The position numbers were made by a program, and so were the translations under genes. Source: Desulfomonilia bacterium (GTDB lineage: Bacteria > Desulfobacterota > Desulfomonilia > UBA1062). From it: a DNA stretch of 64,000 bases. Positions 26,635-37,130 of this stretch are shown in pieces. Below the pieces are notes generated by a model. That model was given only the letters and a program-made list of their open reading frames with translations, ran no database searches and was not told where the DNA came from. Positions within the stretch are counted from its first letter, which is position 1. The number at the start of each line of letters is the position of its first letter. Location of the stretch: NCBI GenBank assembly GCA_963664325.2, contig CAXXDQ010000003.1:224001-288000 (forward strand), read 5' to 3'.

Positions 26635-27558
26635 TCATCTTTGAATTGAAGTGCCCATTTGATAGAGGATTCCGCTAAGAGCCGTTTTCATATTGATGCT
26701 GCTATCCTGCATTGATCTTAATTCATTCAGGGTTCTCGAAATATTATTAAAAAAATTAGAATCCTTAGTAAGTAAAGAAAGTGAAAGGACTTCTTCATTG
26801 ATTACATTACGGCCTCCGAGATAGGCAACAATGAAATCCCTTATGAAAGATTCAATGAGCGATAATGCGATTGAGATATCACCGTCTTTTCTGGTTATGG
26901 ATTCTGCAGCGCTGAAAGGGTCACTTCCGTTCAGGGTATCGATTATTTTGTTTCTTATGAAATTTACATAATCCACATCACTGTCAACTAGACCTCCGAT
27001 AGCACCGGACGTCAGCTTCAGGATGACCGGATCAATATTCAGTTCTGTACTGTCGGGGGAAATCGGTTTGAATGTGATTTCTTGGCATCTCGAAATAATT
27101 GTAGGCAGGAGCAGACTGGGTTTATGGCTTATTAAAATGAATATTGTAGTATTAGGAGGCTCTTCAAGAGATTTTAAAAGTATGTTCGCACTGGATTTAT
27201 TCAACGTTTCGGCCGGCTCGATAACAACTACCCTGTACCTGGCAAGAAATGGTTTCAGGCCGAGTTCGTTCAGTATTTTCTTGCGGACATCGTCAACCTT
27301 TATTTCAGAACCATCCGGGACAATTTTAAGCAGGTCAGGGTGGTTTCCACTATCGGCTTTTATGCAACTGCCGCATTTGTCACATGGATCGGCAGGTGAT
27401 GCAGTACAGTTAAGCGCCTTGAAGAATTCAAGGGCTACCATGCTTTTGCCTATCCCCTTCATGCCTGAAAAAAGAAGTGTCCTTGGGATTTTGTCTGTAT
27501 GGATGTAGGATCTCAGCAGGTCAATTTCTCTTGAGTGGCTTATTATATTTTTCCACAT
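26635..27558 (-). CDS. holB: DNA polymerase III delta' subunit
   Basis: G.KGIGK, C..C..C zinc module, HPD, ANILLKSLEEPP, LLPTIISRC. Confidence 0.9.
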   Translation of the reverse strand: MWKNIISHSREIDLLRSYIHTDKIPRTLLFSGMKGIGKSMVALEFFKALNCTASPADPCDKCGSCIKADSGNHPDLLKIVPDGSEIKVDDVRKKILNELGLKPFLARYRVVVIEPAETLNKSSANILLKSLEEPPNTTIFILISHKPSLLLPTIISRCQEITFKPISPDSTELNIDPVILKLTSGAIGGLVDSDVDYVNFIRNKIIDTLNGSDPFSAAESITRKDGDISIALSLIESFIRDFIVAYLGGRNVINEEVLSLSLLTKDSNFFNNISRTLNELRSMQDSSINMKTALSGILYQMGTSIQR

Positions 27559-27577
27559 ATTTTATTTTCTGTGTGAG

Positions 27578-29239
27578 TTATCTCAAATCTTTAAGAAGCT
27601 GTCTCCGTTCCTTTGACAGGTCGATAATTTTCTGTTCAACGGCTTCTGTCTGCTTGATGTTGTTGGCTGCAATATAAGCGTCAATGGCATCCTTGACATA
27701 TTTTGCTTTGATTCTTCCATTTTTTGTATCAGCAACCTTTTCCAGGGTACTTGCCAGTATTAAAGCAACATCATAGTCCTGATATTTCCCGAGATATTTT
27801 TTACATGCACTTATAGTTTTTTGAGAGTCATTCAATGCGTAGGAAGATTCAACAAGACCTTTCAGATTTTCCTTTGTTTCTTTTAACCCACTGAGTTTGT
27901 TGAAATACTTATAGGCTTCAGCATTGCGGCCTTGTTTCAGATAAAGGGCAGATATCCTTGAAAGGGCATCCGGGTCCCCGGGCTTTATTTTCAAGAGTCT
28001 GTTATAGGTGTTAAGCGCTCCTTTGGCATTGCCTGCATTTTCATAAGCGACACCAAGGTTGAACATTACAACAGGGTCATTCGGCGACAGGTCCAATGCC
28101 TTTTTATAGTATTCAACCTGGGATTCAGGATCGCCGACGCTACCCATTATCTTTCCCAGCAGAGCGACTGCATTCTTATCTGTCGGATATAAACTGATAT
28201 ATCGTTTTAACAGGGGTTCTGCAGTTTCATAATCTTTTTTCTTGACGGCATCCTGTATGACGGCAACAAGAACCTCTTTGCTGGTGGATTCATATGAAAT
28301 GGATTTGAATAGCTCAATGGCCTTTGCCTTATCGCCTTTTTCTTCATAGGCTCTACCCAGTTCGAGCAAAAGCGCGCTGTTGGTCCGGTCAATAAGAAGG
28401 CCGTCTTGGAGATATGATATCTTTTTGTCAAGGTCAGACCTGGCCCCGGCGGTCAGGGCAAGCCTGTAATAGGTTGAGGCTGTTTGCCTGTTACTGTTTA
28501 TTATATTTAAATTAAGTTTTTCGGCATCATCGAGAAGGCCGAGCCTGATATATATATTTGTCAGCTTTGTTAATATGCTTTCATTGTACCCGTCACTCTC
28601 CAGCTGTTTTTTGTATATGCCAATTAAACCCTGAAGATCGCCTTTTCCAATCAGTGCATCTTCAAGTTGATTTAAGAAAAAGCTGTTTTGAGGAAAAGTA
28701 TTAAATGCGTTTTTCAGTATGGTGATCTGCTCGTTCGTATCTCTGGCGGTTTTAAGCTGTTTTATGAAATCATCTTCGCTTACTTCGATCTCTATTGGGA
28801 CTTTTGCTATGACTCGGCTGATATAATAGATATCAATGGGGATTGATCTGATGCCTGCATTTATCAACTGGTTTCTTATTTCGGATGTGGATATGCTCTG
28901 GTTCAATTCGCTCTGTTTTCCGAAGCCCTCTATATCGGCATTCAAGTAGCATTTGAAAAATGTGTTCGCGTTAACCCCCGTTATTACAAGTTTTTCATTT
29001 CCATGAATAAGGAGTGACTGACCTGCCCTTACAGTTCTTGGTTCATCATTAATTTTGATATCAATGGATATAAATCTGGGGGGGGTCCTTAAAATAAATG
29101 ATATGACAGACTCCCTCACCTGTCCTACTGATCCCCCAACAGGCAGGATAAAAAATAGTGTTATCAAAATAACAGCCAGGATCAGGATAATTATCAATAT
29201 ATTTCCGGTACCGTTCCTGTTTATATTCCTCATATTCAT
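27578..29239 (-). CDS. Membrane-anchored TPR protein
   Basis: N-terminal TM; multiple TPRs (e.g. YKKALDLSPNDPVVMFNLGVAYE). Confidence 0.8.
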   Translation of the reverse strand: MNMRNINRNGTGNILIIILILAVILITLFFILPVGGSVGQVRESVISFILRTPPRFISIDIKINDEPRTVRAGQSLLIHGNEKLVITGVNANTFFKCYLNADIEGFGKQSELNQSISTSEIRNQLINAGIRSIPIDIYYISRVIAKVPIEIEVSEDDFIKQLKTARDTNEQITILKNAFNTFPQNSFFLNQLEDALIGKGDLQGLIGIYKKQLESDGYNESILTKLTNIYIRLGLLDDAEKLNLNIINSNRQTASTYYRLALTAGARSDLDKKISYLQDGLLIDRTNSALLLELGRAYEEKGDKAKAIELFKSISYESTSKEVLVAVIQDAVKKKDYETAEPLLKRYISLYPTDKNAVALLGKIMGSVGDPESQVEYYKKALDLSPNDPVVMFNLGVAYENAGNAKGALNTYNRLLKIKPGDPDALSRISALYLKQGRNAEAYKYFNKLSGLKETKENLKGLVESSYALNDSQKTISACKKYLGKYQDYDVALILASTLEKVADTKNGRIKAKYVKDAIDAYIAANNIKQTEAVEQKIIDLSKERRQLLKDLR

Positions 29240-29408
29240 TTAATATCTGTAAAGACTGAAAATTGTCCACCGGTTTTTGTCGAAACCACCTCATTTTGGC
29301 AAAGCCAGCGCATAGTGTCCGGGGCTTTATAAGTTGACAATAAATATATAAGTAATTAGTTTAATTTTTGTCGGCATCAAAATATCTTCTCTTCAATAGG
29401 GGATAAAT

Positions 29409-29984
29409 ATGTATAGGGTTCTTACCGTTGAAATTATCATACCGGTTATTATTATAGCTCTTTGCTCATGTTCGTCAGCAATGAAATCACGGCAGGAAAG
29501 CGTGTCTGGTCAGAAAATTCAGGATAATGAAACGGAATATGCATCACAGCAGGAAATATTAAGTTTCAAAGATTATGATACCAATAATGACAATAAGATA
29601 TCTGTAGACGAATATATCGCTAAACAGCAGGAGATTTTCGATAAGGCGGATAGGAATAAGAACGGAGAAATTGATATTGATAAATTCATAGTCTACTGGT
29701 GCGGTGATGCATCACTGAAGAAAGGTGTTAAAGATCCGACTTTAGGTCCAGTATATCGGGAAATGGACATAAATAAAGATGGAATCATTACTTATCAGGA
29801 ATGCAGTGCCTATTGGCTAAAGATTCTCAACGAAGCTGATTTGGATAAGAACAATAAAATATCAAGATATGAATACAACGCGCTGATGAGGGACCGTTTC
29901 AAGCGTCTTCTGGATGGCCCCGACCAGGACGGACATATTACGAATCAAGAATACGATTCTTTCTGGCCGTACGTGAGGCCGTAA
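29409..29984 (+). CDS. EF-hand calcium-binding lipoprotein
   Basis: LCSC lipobox-like; [36 protein letters not shown] loops. Confidence 0.8.
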   Translation: MYRVLTVEIIIPVIIIALCSCSSAMKSRQESVSGQKIQDNETEYASQQEILSFKDYDTNNDNKISVDEYIAKQQEIFDKADRNKNGEIDIDKFIVYWCGDASLKKGVKDPTLGPVYREMDINKDGIITYQECSAYWLKILNEADLDKNNKISRYEYNALMRDRFKRLLDGPDQDGHITNQEYDSFWPYVRP

Positions 29985-30010
29985 ATAAAAATTTAACAAG
30001 TGAGGTTAAA

Positions 30011-30424
30011 ATGGCAGGTTCGCTTAATAAGGCAATTCTCATCGGAAGGCTTGGTAAGGACCCTGAAATGAGATTCACCCCCTCGGGAAGGGCAGTGACT
30101 AATTTTACTATGGCAACAAGCGATTACTGGATGGACCAGAACAATGAACGTCAGGAAAGGACTGAGTGGCATAGAATTGTGGCCTGGGGAAAGCTTGCGG
30201 AAACATGTGCAAAGATTTTGTCTAAAGGTAAACTGGTTTATGTTGAGGGCAGGCTGCAGACCAGGGCGTGGGATGACCGTGACGGAAATAAACGCTATAC
30301 AACTGAGATTGTGGCAAATGCAATGCAAATCCTTAGCCCAATGGATAATTCGGAGTCAAGGGATTATAATGATACCGGCACTGTTACTCAGGAACCCGAG
30401 GGATTTGACGATATTCCGTTTTAG
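30011..30424 (+). CDS. ssb: Single-stranded DNA-binding protein
   Basis: [22 protein letters not shown]-terminal DDIPF. Confidence 0.97.
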   Translation: MAGSLNKAILIGRLGKDPEMRFTPSGRAVTNFTMATSDYWMDQNNERQERTEWHRIVAWGKLAETCAKILSKGKLVYVEGRLQTRAWDDRDGNKRYTTEIVANAMQILSPMDNSESRDYNDTGTVTQEPEGFDDIPF

Positions 30425-30507
30425 GGTTTAATGTCTATTAAATGTTGAACTTATAATCGGGAAGGGCATGCATTAATACAAGCAATTGTTCCCTGCTTTC
30501 AGTGATT

Positions 30508-31485
30508 TTAATTTTCTGGAATGCTTTCTGTATGCAAAGTGAATGATTCGTCAAATAAAGATATGAATTTGTCAACAATTTCAGGGTCAAGGACGTTTCC
30601 TTTCATGGAGGACAGAATTTCGAGAGCGGTCTCTTTTGAGAATGCGTCGCGGTAAGATCTTTTTGTTGTAAGTGCGTCATATACATCAGCTACAGCAACT
30701 ATCCTTGCTTCTAAAGGGATATTGTCACCCTTCGATCCGAATGGATAACCGTTTCCGTCGAATCTTTCATGATGATACCTTATTATGTTTACTGTAATCT
30801 CAGAGAGGTGAGCATCTTTAACAATGTTGACACCCCATAAAGGGTGATTTTTTATGATATGCAGCTGCGCCTCATCCAATGGACCTTCACCATGCAGAAT
30901 GTTTTCAGATATACCGATTTTACCGCAGTCGTGGAGCCATCCCCCATATTTAATCGCATTGAGGTTCTCGGGTTGAATATCAAGTGCCTGTGCTATCAAG
31001 ATCGAATACTCGGCAACCCTCTCGGAATGTCCTTTTGTATATGAATCTCTTAATTCAAGGGCATGTATGAGGGAAAGCATTGTCGCTTCATCACCTGTCC
31101 TGATCGATTTTTTAAGTTTATAGCGCTTCATGGCGTCGTCTACCATTTCAATCAGAGACTGATTATCCCACGGTTTAACTATAAACCTGAAAGCCTCGGC
31201 TTTGTTTATTGCATCAAGGGCGGTCTGGAGATTGGCGTAACCGGTCATTAAAATACTTACAGTATCAGGTGATATAACGCGTACCTTGGATAGCAGCTCT
31301 ATTCCGGTCATGGTGGGCATCATATTGTCGGATACAAGTACGGCTATTTCATTGTTTTTTACACACTCAAGCGCATCCTGCGCATTCAAGAAGGTAAGAA
31401 TATTGAAACCGCTGTCCTGGAAAATTCTTTCAGCCAGACTTAAAACAAACTTTTCGTCATCTACAAAAAGTATCTGCTCTGACAT
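30508..31485 (-). CDS. Response regulator with HD-GYP phosphodiesterase domain
   Basis: REC domain (VDD, SDNMMP, KPW); LHDCGK, HHERFDGNGYP. Confidence 0.92.
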   Translation of the reverse strand: MSEQILFVDDEKFVLSLAERIFQDSGFNILTFLNAQDALECVKNNEIAVLVSDNMMPTMTGIELLSKVRVISPDTVSILMTGYANLQTALDAINKAEAFRFIVKPWDNQSLIEMVDDAMKRYKLKKSIRTGDEATMLSLIHALELRDSYTKGHSERVAEYSILIAQALDIQPENLNAIKYGGWLHDCGKIGISENILHGEGPLDEAQLHIIKNHPLWGVNIVKDAHLSEITVNIIRYHHERFDGNGYPFGSKGDNIPLEARIVAVADVYDALTTKRSYRDAFSKETALEILSSMKGNVLDPEIVDKFISLFDESFTLHTESIPEN

Positions 31486-31617
31486 AATCCCCCGCAAATG
31501 TAATTCAATAAACTGTTAATAGCATATTTCCTCCTTTTGCAAAAAAATAAATAAAAATATCTGAAGAATATCTTCATTTGTTTGAAATGGATAGCGGGCA
31601 TATGTTAAAGGTGAAAT

Positions 31618-31956
31618 ATGCGGAATATAGGAGAAATCGTCGCTGTATACATTGATGACAAACCTTCAATATATGCCAGAATTGAGGATTACGAAGCGGA
31701 TGTAAAACCCAGATGGTTCAAGGTTAGAATGCTGTTCCTGACCTTTCCCCCACAGGAAGTGACCTGGATTCTGAGAGAGGGCCAGGTTGATGGCGAACCG
31801 TTCACAATGAATGATATTCCAGTTAAACTTAAAACCGTAAGCAGCCATAACGAAACAACAGACAATGTTAAAACAAAAGCACAGCCTCCCAAAAGATCCA
31901 GTGGCAAGATCATTAGCCTTGCCGAAAGGGCAAAAATTTCCAGAGATGAGAAATAA
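31618..31956 (+). CDS. Hypothetical protein
   Basis: Plausible globular ORF (ARIEDY..D.KP.W...TWILR...GEPFTM). Confidence 0.65.
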   Translation: MRNIGEIVAVYIDDKPSIYARIEDYEADVKPRWFKVRMLFLTFPPQEVTWILREGQVDGEPFTMNDIPVKLKTVSSHNETTDNVKTKAQPPKRSSGKIISLAERAKISRDEK

Positions 31957-32134
31957 CCTGTTTGTAACAGGGTGATTTAAATAACGCTCTGTAATTGTTT
32001 CATTACCGGTATATGTTATTGATACGGGATGACGGTTGCCTTATATATTGATGTTATTAAAGTTATTAAATAATATTTGTTTGTTTCACTAAAGAAGATA
32101 TAAGGTCTTGCCGATAGGCTTAGCGAGGAGTGCA

Positions 32135-33844
32135 ATGGCTACCGAAAGAATTGGCGAAAAATTAATTAAAAACGCGCTTATCACACCCGAACAGTTGCTG
32201 GAAGCACAAAAAGCCCAAAGGGTCAGCGGTGTGAGGCTTGGCTCTCAACTTGTAAAGCTCGGCTATATTTCCGAGGAAGAACTGGTTCAATTTTTAGGTC
32301 AGCAGTACGGACTGCCCTCTATTGTCTTGAAGAATGTCAAGACGGATCACGAAGCGATAAAACTCGTCCCGCAAAACATCGTATTGAAATATAATGCCAT
32401 CCCGTTTGAAAGATCTGGTTCAACACTAAAGGTGGCAATGACCGATCCATCGAATATATTTGCTGTTGACGACATTAAATTTCTCACAGGGTATTCAATC
32501 GAAGTGTATGTAACATCTGAGGAATCCCTGAGATGGGCGATTGACAACCTCTATGGCAAAAACGAAGAGGAAGCGATTGAAGATACTCTGTCTGGTCTTG
32601 AAGGGTTTGAAGATGGAATTGAAATTGATGAAGGGTTCGACGATGTTACGGCCGGAGCACTGGCCCATGAGGCTGAAGAAGCCCCGATAATAAAGCTTGT
32701 AAATCTTATTCTTATTGACGCGATTAAAAAGGGGGCTAGTGATATTCATATCGAGCCCTATGAAAAGTTCGTCCGGGTAAGATTCAGGCTTGACGGCATG
32801 CTGCAGGAAATAATGAAACCGCCCATGCGTTTTAAAAATGCTATTACATCAAGGCTCAAAATTATGAGCAAGCTTGACATAGCAGAAAGAAGGCTTCCGC
32901 AAGACGGAAGGATAAAGCTGAGGGTTCAGGGCGGCAAAGAGGTTGAATTCCGTGTTTCAGTATTACCGACACTGTTCGGGGAAAAGGTTGTTTTGCGTAT
33001 TCTGGATAAGGCGACTCTGCAGCTTGACATGACAAAACTCGGATTTGAGGAAGAGGCGCTGAAGTATTTCAAGGAAGGCATTTACAAACCATGGGGTATG
33101 GTTCTGGTTACAGGCCCCACAGGCTCCGGCAAGACAACGACTTTATATTCGGCTATTTCCGAGTTGAACAGGATAGATACCAATATATCAACCGCCGAGG
33201 ATCCGGTCGAGTTTGATCTGCCGGGCATCAACCAGGTACAGATGCACGAGGAAATAGGACTGACGTTTGCTTCCGCATTAAGGTCTTTTCTAAGGCAGGA
33301 CCCTGATATAATTCTTGTCGGGGAGATCAGGGACTTTGAAACGGCAGAAATAGGCATCAAAGCTGCCCTTACAGGCCATCTTGTCCTGTCAACACTTCAC
33401 ACGAACGATGCCCCGGCAACAATCAACAGGCTTCTTAATATGGGAATCGAGCCTTTCCTTGTAGCATCTTCGGTCAACCTCATAGTTGCCCAGAGGCTTG
33501 CAAGAAAGAATTGCAAGGAGTGCATTACAGACGACGATGTCCCGTCGGGGACTCTTGTCCAGATGGGAATGGACCCTGAAATTGCGAAAAAAGTTGTAGC
33601 CAAAAAGGGGAGCGGCTGTCCTGCATGCAATAATTCGGGGTACAAAGGCAGAGTTGCCCTTTACGAGGTTATGACGGTAGGAGAATCTCTCAAGGAATTG
33701 ATCCTGATGGGTGCATCGGCATCCGAGATAAAGAGAGAGGCGATAAATCAGGGGATGAAGACATTAAGGCAAAGCGGTCTGACTAAAATAGCCGAAGGTG
33801 TAACATCCGTGTCCGAAGTTCTCAGGACAACTATGCCGGATTGA
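32135..33844 (+). CDS. pilB: Type IV pilus assembly ATPase PilB
   Basis: MshEN-like N-terminus, ASDIHIEP, GPTGSGKTTT, LRQDPD, tetracysteine motif, GYKGR. Confidence 0.96.
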   Translation: MATERIGEKLIKNALITPEQLLEAQKAQRVSGVRLGSQLVKLGYISEEELVQFLGQQYGLPSIVLKNVKTDHEAIKLVPQNIVLKYNAIPFERSGSTLKVAMTDPSNIFAVDDIKFLTGYSIEVYVTSEESLRWAIDNLYGKNEEEAIEDTLSGLEGFEDGIEIDEGFDDVTAGALAHEAEEAPIIKLVNLILIDAIKKGASDIHIEPYEKFVRVRFRLDGMLQEIMKPPMRFKNAITSRLKIMSKLDIAERRLPQDGRIKLRVQGGKEVEFRVSVLPTLFGEKVVLRILDKATLQLDMTKLGFEEEALKYFKEGIYKPWGMVLVTGPTGSGKTTTLYSAISELNRIDTNISTAEDPVEFDLPGINQVQMHEEIGLTFASALRSFLRQDPDIILVGEIRDFETAEIGIKAALTGHLVLSTLHTNDAPATINRLLNMGIEPFLVASSVNLIVAQRLARKNCKECITDDDVPSGTLVQMGMDPEIAKKVVAKKGSGCPACNNSGYKGRVALYEVMTVGESLKELILMGASASEIKREAINQGMKTLRQSGLTKIAEGVTSVSEVLRTTMPD

Positions 33845-33855
33845 TTGGAGGTATT

Positions 33856-34959
33856 GTGGAGAGCACAATTTATGACCTGTTGAAAAAAATGGTGGAAAAG
33901 GGCGCATCCGATCTTCACGTCACTACTGGATCTCCACCGCAGATAAGGGTGAGGGGAGATTTGTTCCCTCTGGACGAGCCGGCTCTTACACCGCCTGACA
34001 CCAGGCAGTTGCTATATTCCCTGCTGACCGAGGCGCAAAAGCATAAATTCGAAGAAGATCTGGAACTCGATTTTTCATTCGGCCTGAAGGGGCTGGCACG
34101 CTTCAGGGGCAATGTTTTTATTCAAAGAGGCGCACCTGCTGGTGTTTTCAGGATGATCCCCTACGAAATCATGTCTCTGGAAACACTCGGATTGCCGAGT
34201 GTTACCGGAAAGCTTACCAGCTATCCCAGGGGGATGGTCCTTGTAACGGGTCCTACCGGAAGCGGAAAATCAACAACGCTTGCGGCATTTCTCGACAAGA
34301 TAAACCAGGAACGCAAGGCTCATGTTATAACGATAGAAGATCCTATAGAATTTGTTCACAAACATAAGAATTGTCTGGTCAACCAGAGGGAAATTGGAAG
34401 CGATACAAGGAACTTTGGAAATGCACTGAAGCACATTCTCAGACAGGATCCGGATGTCGTATTCATAGGTGAAATGAGAGACCTGGAAACAATGCAGGCG
34501 GCGCTTACGATCTCTGAAACAGGACACCTGGTTTTTGCAACGCTGCATACGAATTCATCAGTTCAGACTATTAACAGGATTGTAGATGCCTTTCCCTCAC
34601 ACCAGCAGCCCCAGGTACGGGCTCAGCTGGCATTCGTTCTCGAAGCGGTTATTGCCCAGCAGCTTCTGCCAAGAGCCGACGGTTTGGGCAGAGTCCTGAC
34701 ATGTGAAGTAATGATAGCTACACCTGCAATAAGAAATCTTATCAGGGAAGACAAGATTCACCAGATATATTCTCAGATGCAGGTAGGACAATCAAAGCAC
34801 AACATGCAAACCATGAACCAGTCTTTATATAACCTATATCTTAAGAAACTGATAACCCTTGAGGATGCCCTGGGGTGGGCGGTGGATGTTGATGAACTCA
34901 AACAGATGATGTCTTCAACAGGTGGGATAAAGATAAATTCTGGAGGAGAGAGGAGATAG
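33856..34959 (+). CDS. pilT: Type IV pilus retraction ATPase PilT
   Basis: ASDLH, GPTGSGKSTT, AIRNLIRE. Confidence 0.96.
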   Translation: MESTIYDLLKKMVEKGASDLHVTTGSPPQIRVRGDLFPLDEPALTPPDTRQLLYSLLTEAQKHKFEEDLELDFSFGLKGLARFRGNVFIQRGAPAGVFRMIPYEIMSLETLGLPSVTGKLTSYPRGMVLVTGPTGSGKSTTLAAFLDKINQERKAHVITIEDPIEFVHKHKNCLVNQREIGSDTRNFGNALKHILRQDPDVVFIGEMRDLETMQAALTISETGHLVFATLHTNSSVQTINRIVDAFPSHQQPQVRAQLAFVLEAVIAQQLLPRADGLGRVLTCEVMIATPAIRNLIREDKIHQIYSQMQVGQSKHNMQTMNQSLYNLYLKKLITLEDALGWAVDVDELKQMMSSTGGIKINSGGERR

Positions 34960-34962
34960 CCT

Positions 34963-36159
34963 ATGCCAATATTCGTTTGGGAGGGCAAACTTGCTGACGG
35001 GACTGTAAAAAAGGGTGAGGTTGATGCCGGAAGCAAGGCGGCAGTAAACACCATCCTCAGAAGGCAGAAGATAACTCCAACAACAATAAAATCTAAATCA
35101 AGACAGATCGCACTGTTCAAGAAAAAAGTTAAGACGAAAGAACTTGTTGTTTTTGTCAGACAGTTTGCAACCATGATAAATGCGGGACTCCCTCTTGTTC
35201 AATGTCTTGAAATACTGGGAGGCCAGCAGGACAACTCCGAATTTAAAAGGATTATTACGATAATCAGACAGGATGTGGAGGGAGGCTCGACATTTGCCGA
35301 TGCTCTCAAAAAACATCCGCAAATATTTGATGAGCTTTTTGTCAACCTGGTAGCGGCAGGTGAACTTGGCGGAGTCCTTGATGTAATTCTTAACAGGCTC
35401 GCTTTGCATATGGAGAAGGCTGAAGCGATCAAAGGCAAAGTTAAAAGTGCAATGGTATACCCGATAATCGTTGTTTGTGTGGCCGTTGCTGTCGTCTCAG
35501 TACTTATGATATTTGTCATTCCGACATTTAAAGAGATGTTTACCTCGTTCGGAGGAACCCTGCCGGCCCCGACCCAGATTGTTATAGGCATGAGCAATTT
35601 CTTCAGGGGGTACTGGTGGGTCTTGATAATTATTATTGTGGTAATTGTTGTCGCCTATAAAAACGCAATGAAGATGCCTAAGATCCGATATCAGAAGGAT
35701 AAGATAATGCTCAAACTGCCTTTATTCGGGCCTCTTCTCCGAAAGGTCGCGGTTGCAAAATTCTCCAGGACGCTTTCAACCATGATATCTTCTGGTGTGC
35801 CGATTATGGATGGCCTTGAAATAACATCAAAGTCTTCTGGAAACATGGTGATTGAAGAAGGCATTAAAAATGTCAGACAGTCGATAAGCGAAGGAAAACC
35901 GATGGCCGAACCGCTTGAGGCAACTGGACTCTTTCCCGGCATGGTTGTTCAGATGGTTTCCGTTGGCGAGGCAACCGGAGCTCTTGATAATATGCTTTCC
36001 AAAATTGCGGATTTTTATGATGAAGAAGTCGATGCCGCGGTTTCGGCCCTTACTTCTTCACTGGAACCTTTGCTCATGGTGTTTCTCGGCGGTACAATCG
36101 GATTCCTGGTAGTGGCGATGTACCTGCCTATCTTCAAAATGGGTGCGGTTGTCGGTTAG
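34963..36159 (+). CDS. pilC: Type IV pilus platform protein PilC
   Basis: RQFATMINAGLPL, AMVYP, VGEATG.LD.ML, LEP, MYLPIF. Confidence 0.95.
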   Translation: MPIFVWEGKLADGTVKKGEVDAGSKAAVNTILRRQKITPTTIKSKSRQIALFKKKVKTKELVVFVRQFATMINAGLPLVQCLEILGGQQDNSEFKRIITIIRQDVEGGSTFADALKKHPQIFDELFVNLVAAGELGGVLDVILNRLALHMEKAEAIKGKVKSAMVYPIIVVCVAVAVVSVLMIFVIPTFKEMFTSFGGTLPAPTQIVIGMSNFFRGYWWVLIIIIVVIVVAYKNAMKMPKIRYQKDKIMLKLPLFGPLLRKVAVAKFSRTLSTMISSGVPIMDGLEITSKSSGNMVIEEGIKNVRQSISEGKPMAEPLEATGLFPGMVVQMVSVGEATGALDNMLSKIADFYDEEVDAAVSALTSSLEPLLMVFLGGTIGFLVVAMYLPIFKMGAVVG

Positions 36160-36165
36160 TCCCAG

Positions 36166-36432
36166 ATGAGTATTTTTGAGGCCATGATGCTGATATGTTT
36201 CGGGGCGGCATGGCCTTCATCTATTTATAAATCCTATACATCACGGACATCCCGGGGGAAAAGTCTTGCATTCCTGATCATTGTCCTTGTCGGCTATGCA
36301 GCAGGAATCATGCATAAGGTTTTTTACAGTTTCGATCCGGTTATTTATCTTTATATAATCAACGCACTTATGGTTCTGGCGGACATTTTTCTTTACTTCA
36401 GAAACATCAGATTTGATCACAGCCCGGTATAA
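36166..36432 (+). CDS. Small 3-TM membrane protein (PQ-loop/SemiSWEET-like)
   Basis: FE..MLICFGAAWP.SIYKSY.SR...GKS..FL. Confidence 0.6.
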   Translation: MSIFEAMMLICFGAAWPSSIYKSYTSRTSRGKSLAFLIIVLVGYAAGIMHKVFYSFDPVIYLYIINALMVLADIFLYFRNIRFDHSPV

Positions 36433-37130
36433 CCGGAGAAAAAAAGTTCCTCATTAACAAGCGTTTTTCTGCTTCCTTTTATTTCAACTACCAGAAAGCC
36501 ATTGGAGTCTATGTCTTTGATATCGATTTCAGTTCCGTCGGACAGCATGGGCTTGAAGTCGGATTTTATATGATGTCTGAGGAAGCATTCTTTTATCGGA
36601 TCGAATCCGTCTTTTATTAGTATATGATACCACTTCCCGATTGAATCAATGATAAGGCCTGAGACATCAATGATATTATAATGGTTGCCGGAAACAAGTT
36701 TAAGGGACACTGCTTTAGAAACAAGATCATCGGGCCATTCAGTCTGATTAATGTTAACCCCGATGCCGACGGCCGTGATGGGAGGTCTTGATTCGCAGAG
36801 GATTCCTGCAATCTTTCTGCCTTTGACAAGGATGTCGTTAGGCCATTTAATAAGAGATGCTTCACCGGGAAGGATCCCGGATATAGCCTCCCGTGCAGCC
36901 ACACCTGCCATCACCGTATATCTTGTATCTATACCCGGCAATGTAATGCTAAGAAAAAGGTTGCCCTCAGGCGAAAACCACTGGTGTCCCCTCCGGCCTC
37001 TTCCGGCGCTTTGCCTTTCTGCTGAGACTGCTACAAATGGTTTTCCGTGATCAAGGGCATACCTGTTGGTCGAATCTACAGTCTCAAGGTTGATAAGCTC
37101 TGTTGCGAAGCCTTTTTTATCAGCCTTCAA
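36417..37130 (-). CDS. birA: Biotin-protein ligase (no HTH)
   Basis: DSTN, QSAGRGRRG..W.SP, KWPND, KIAGIL.E, GIGVN. Confidence 0.93.
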   Translation of the reverse strand: MKADKKGFATELINLETVDSTNRYALDHGKPFVAVSAERQSAGRGRRGHQWFSPEGNLFLSITLPGIDTRYTVMAGVAAREAISGILPGEASLIKWPNDILVKGRKIAGILCESRPPITAVGIGVNINQTEWPDDLVSKAVSLKLVSGNHYNIIDVSGLIIDSIGKWYHILIKDGFDPIKECFLRHHIKSDFKPMLSDGTEIDIKDIDSNGFLVVEIKGSRKTLVNEELFFSGYTGL

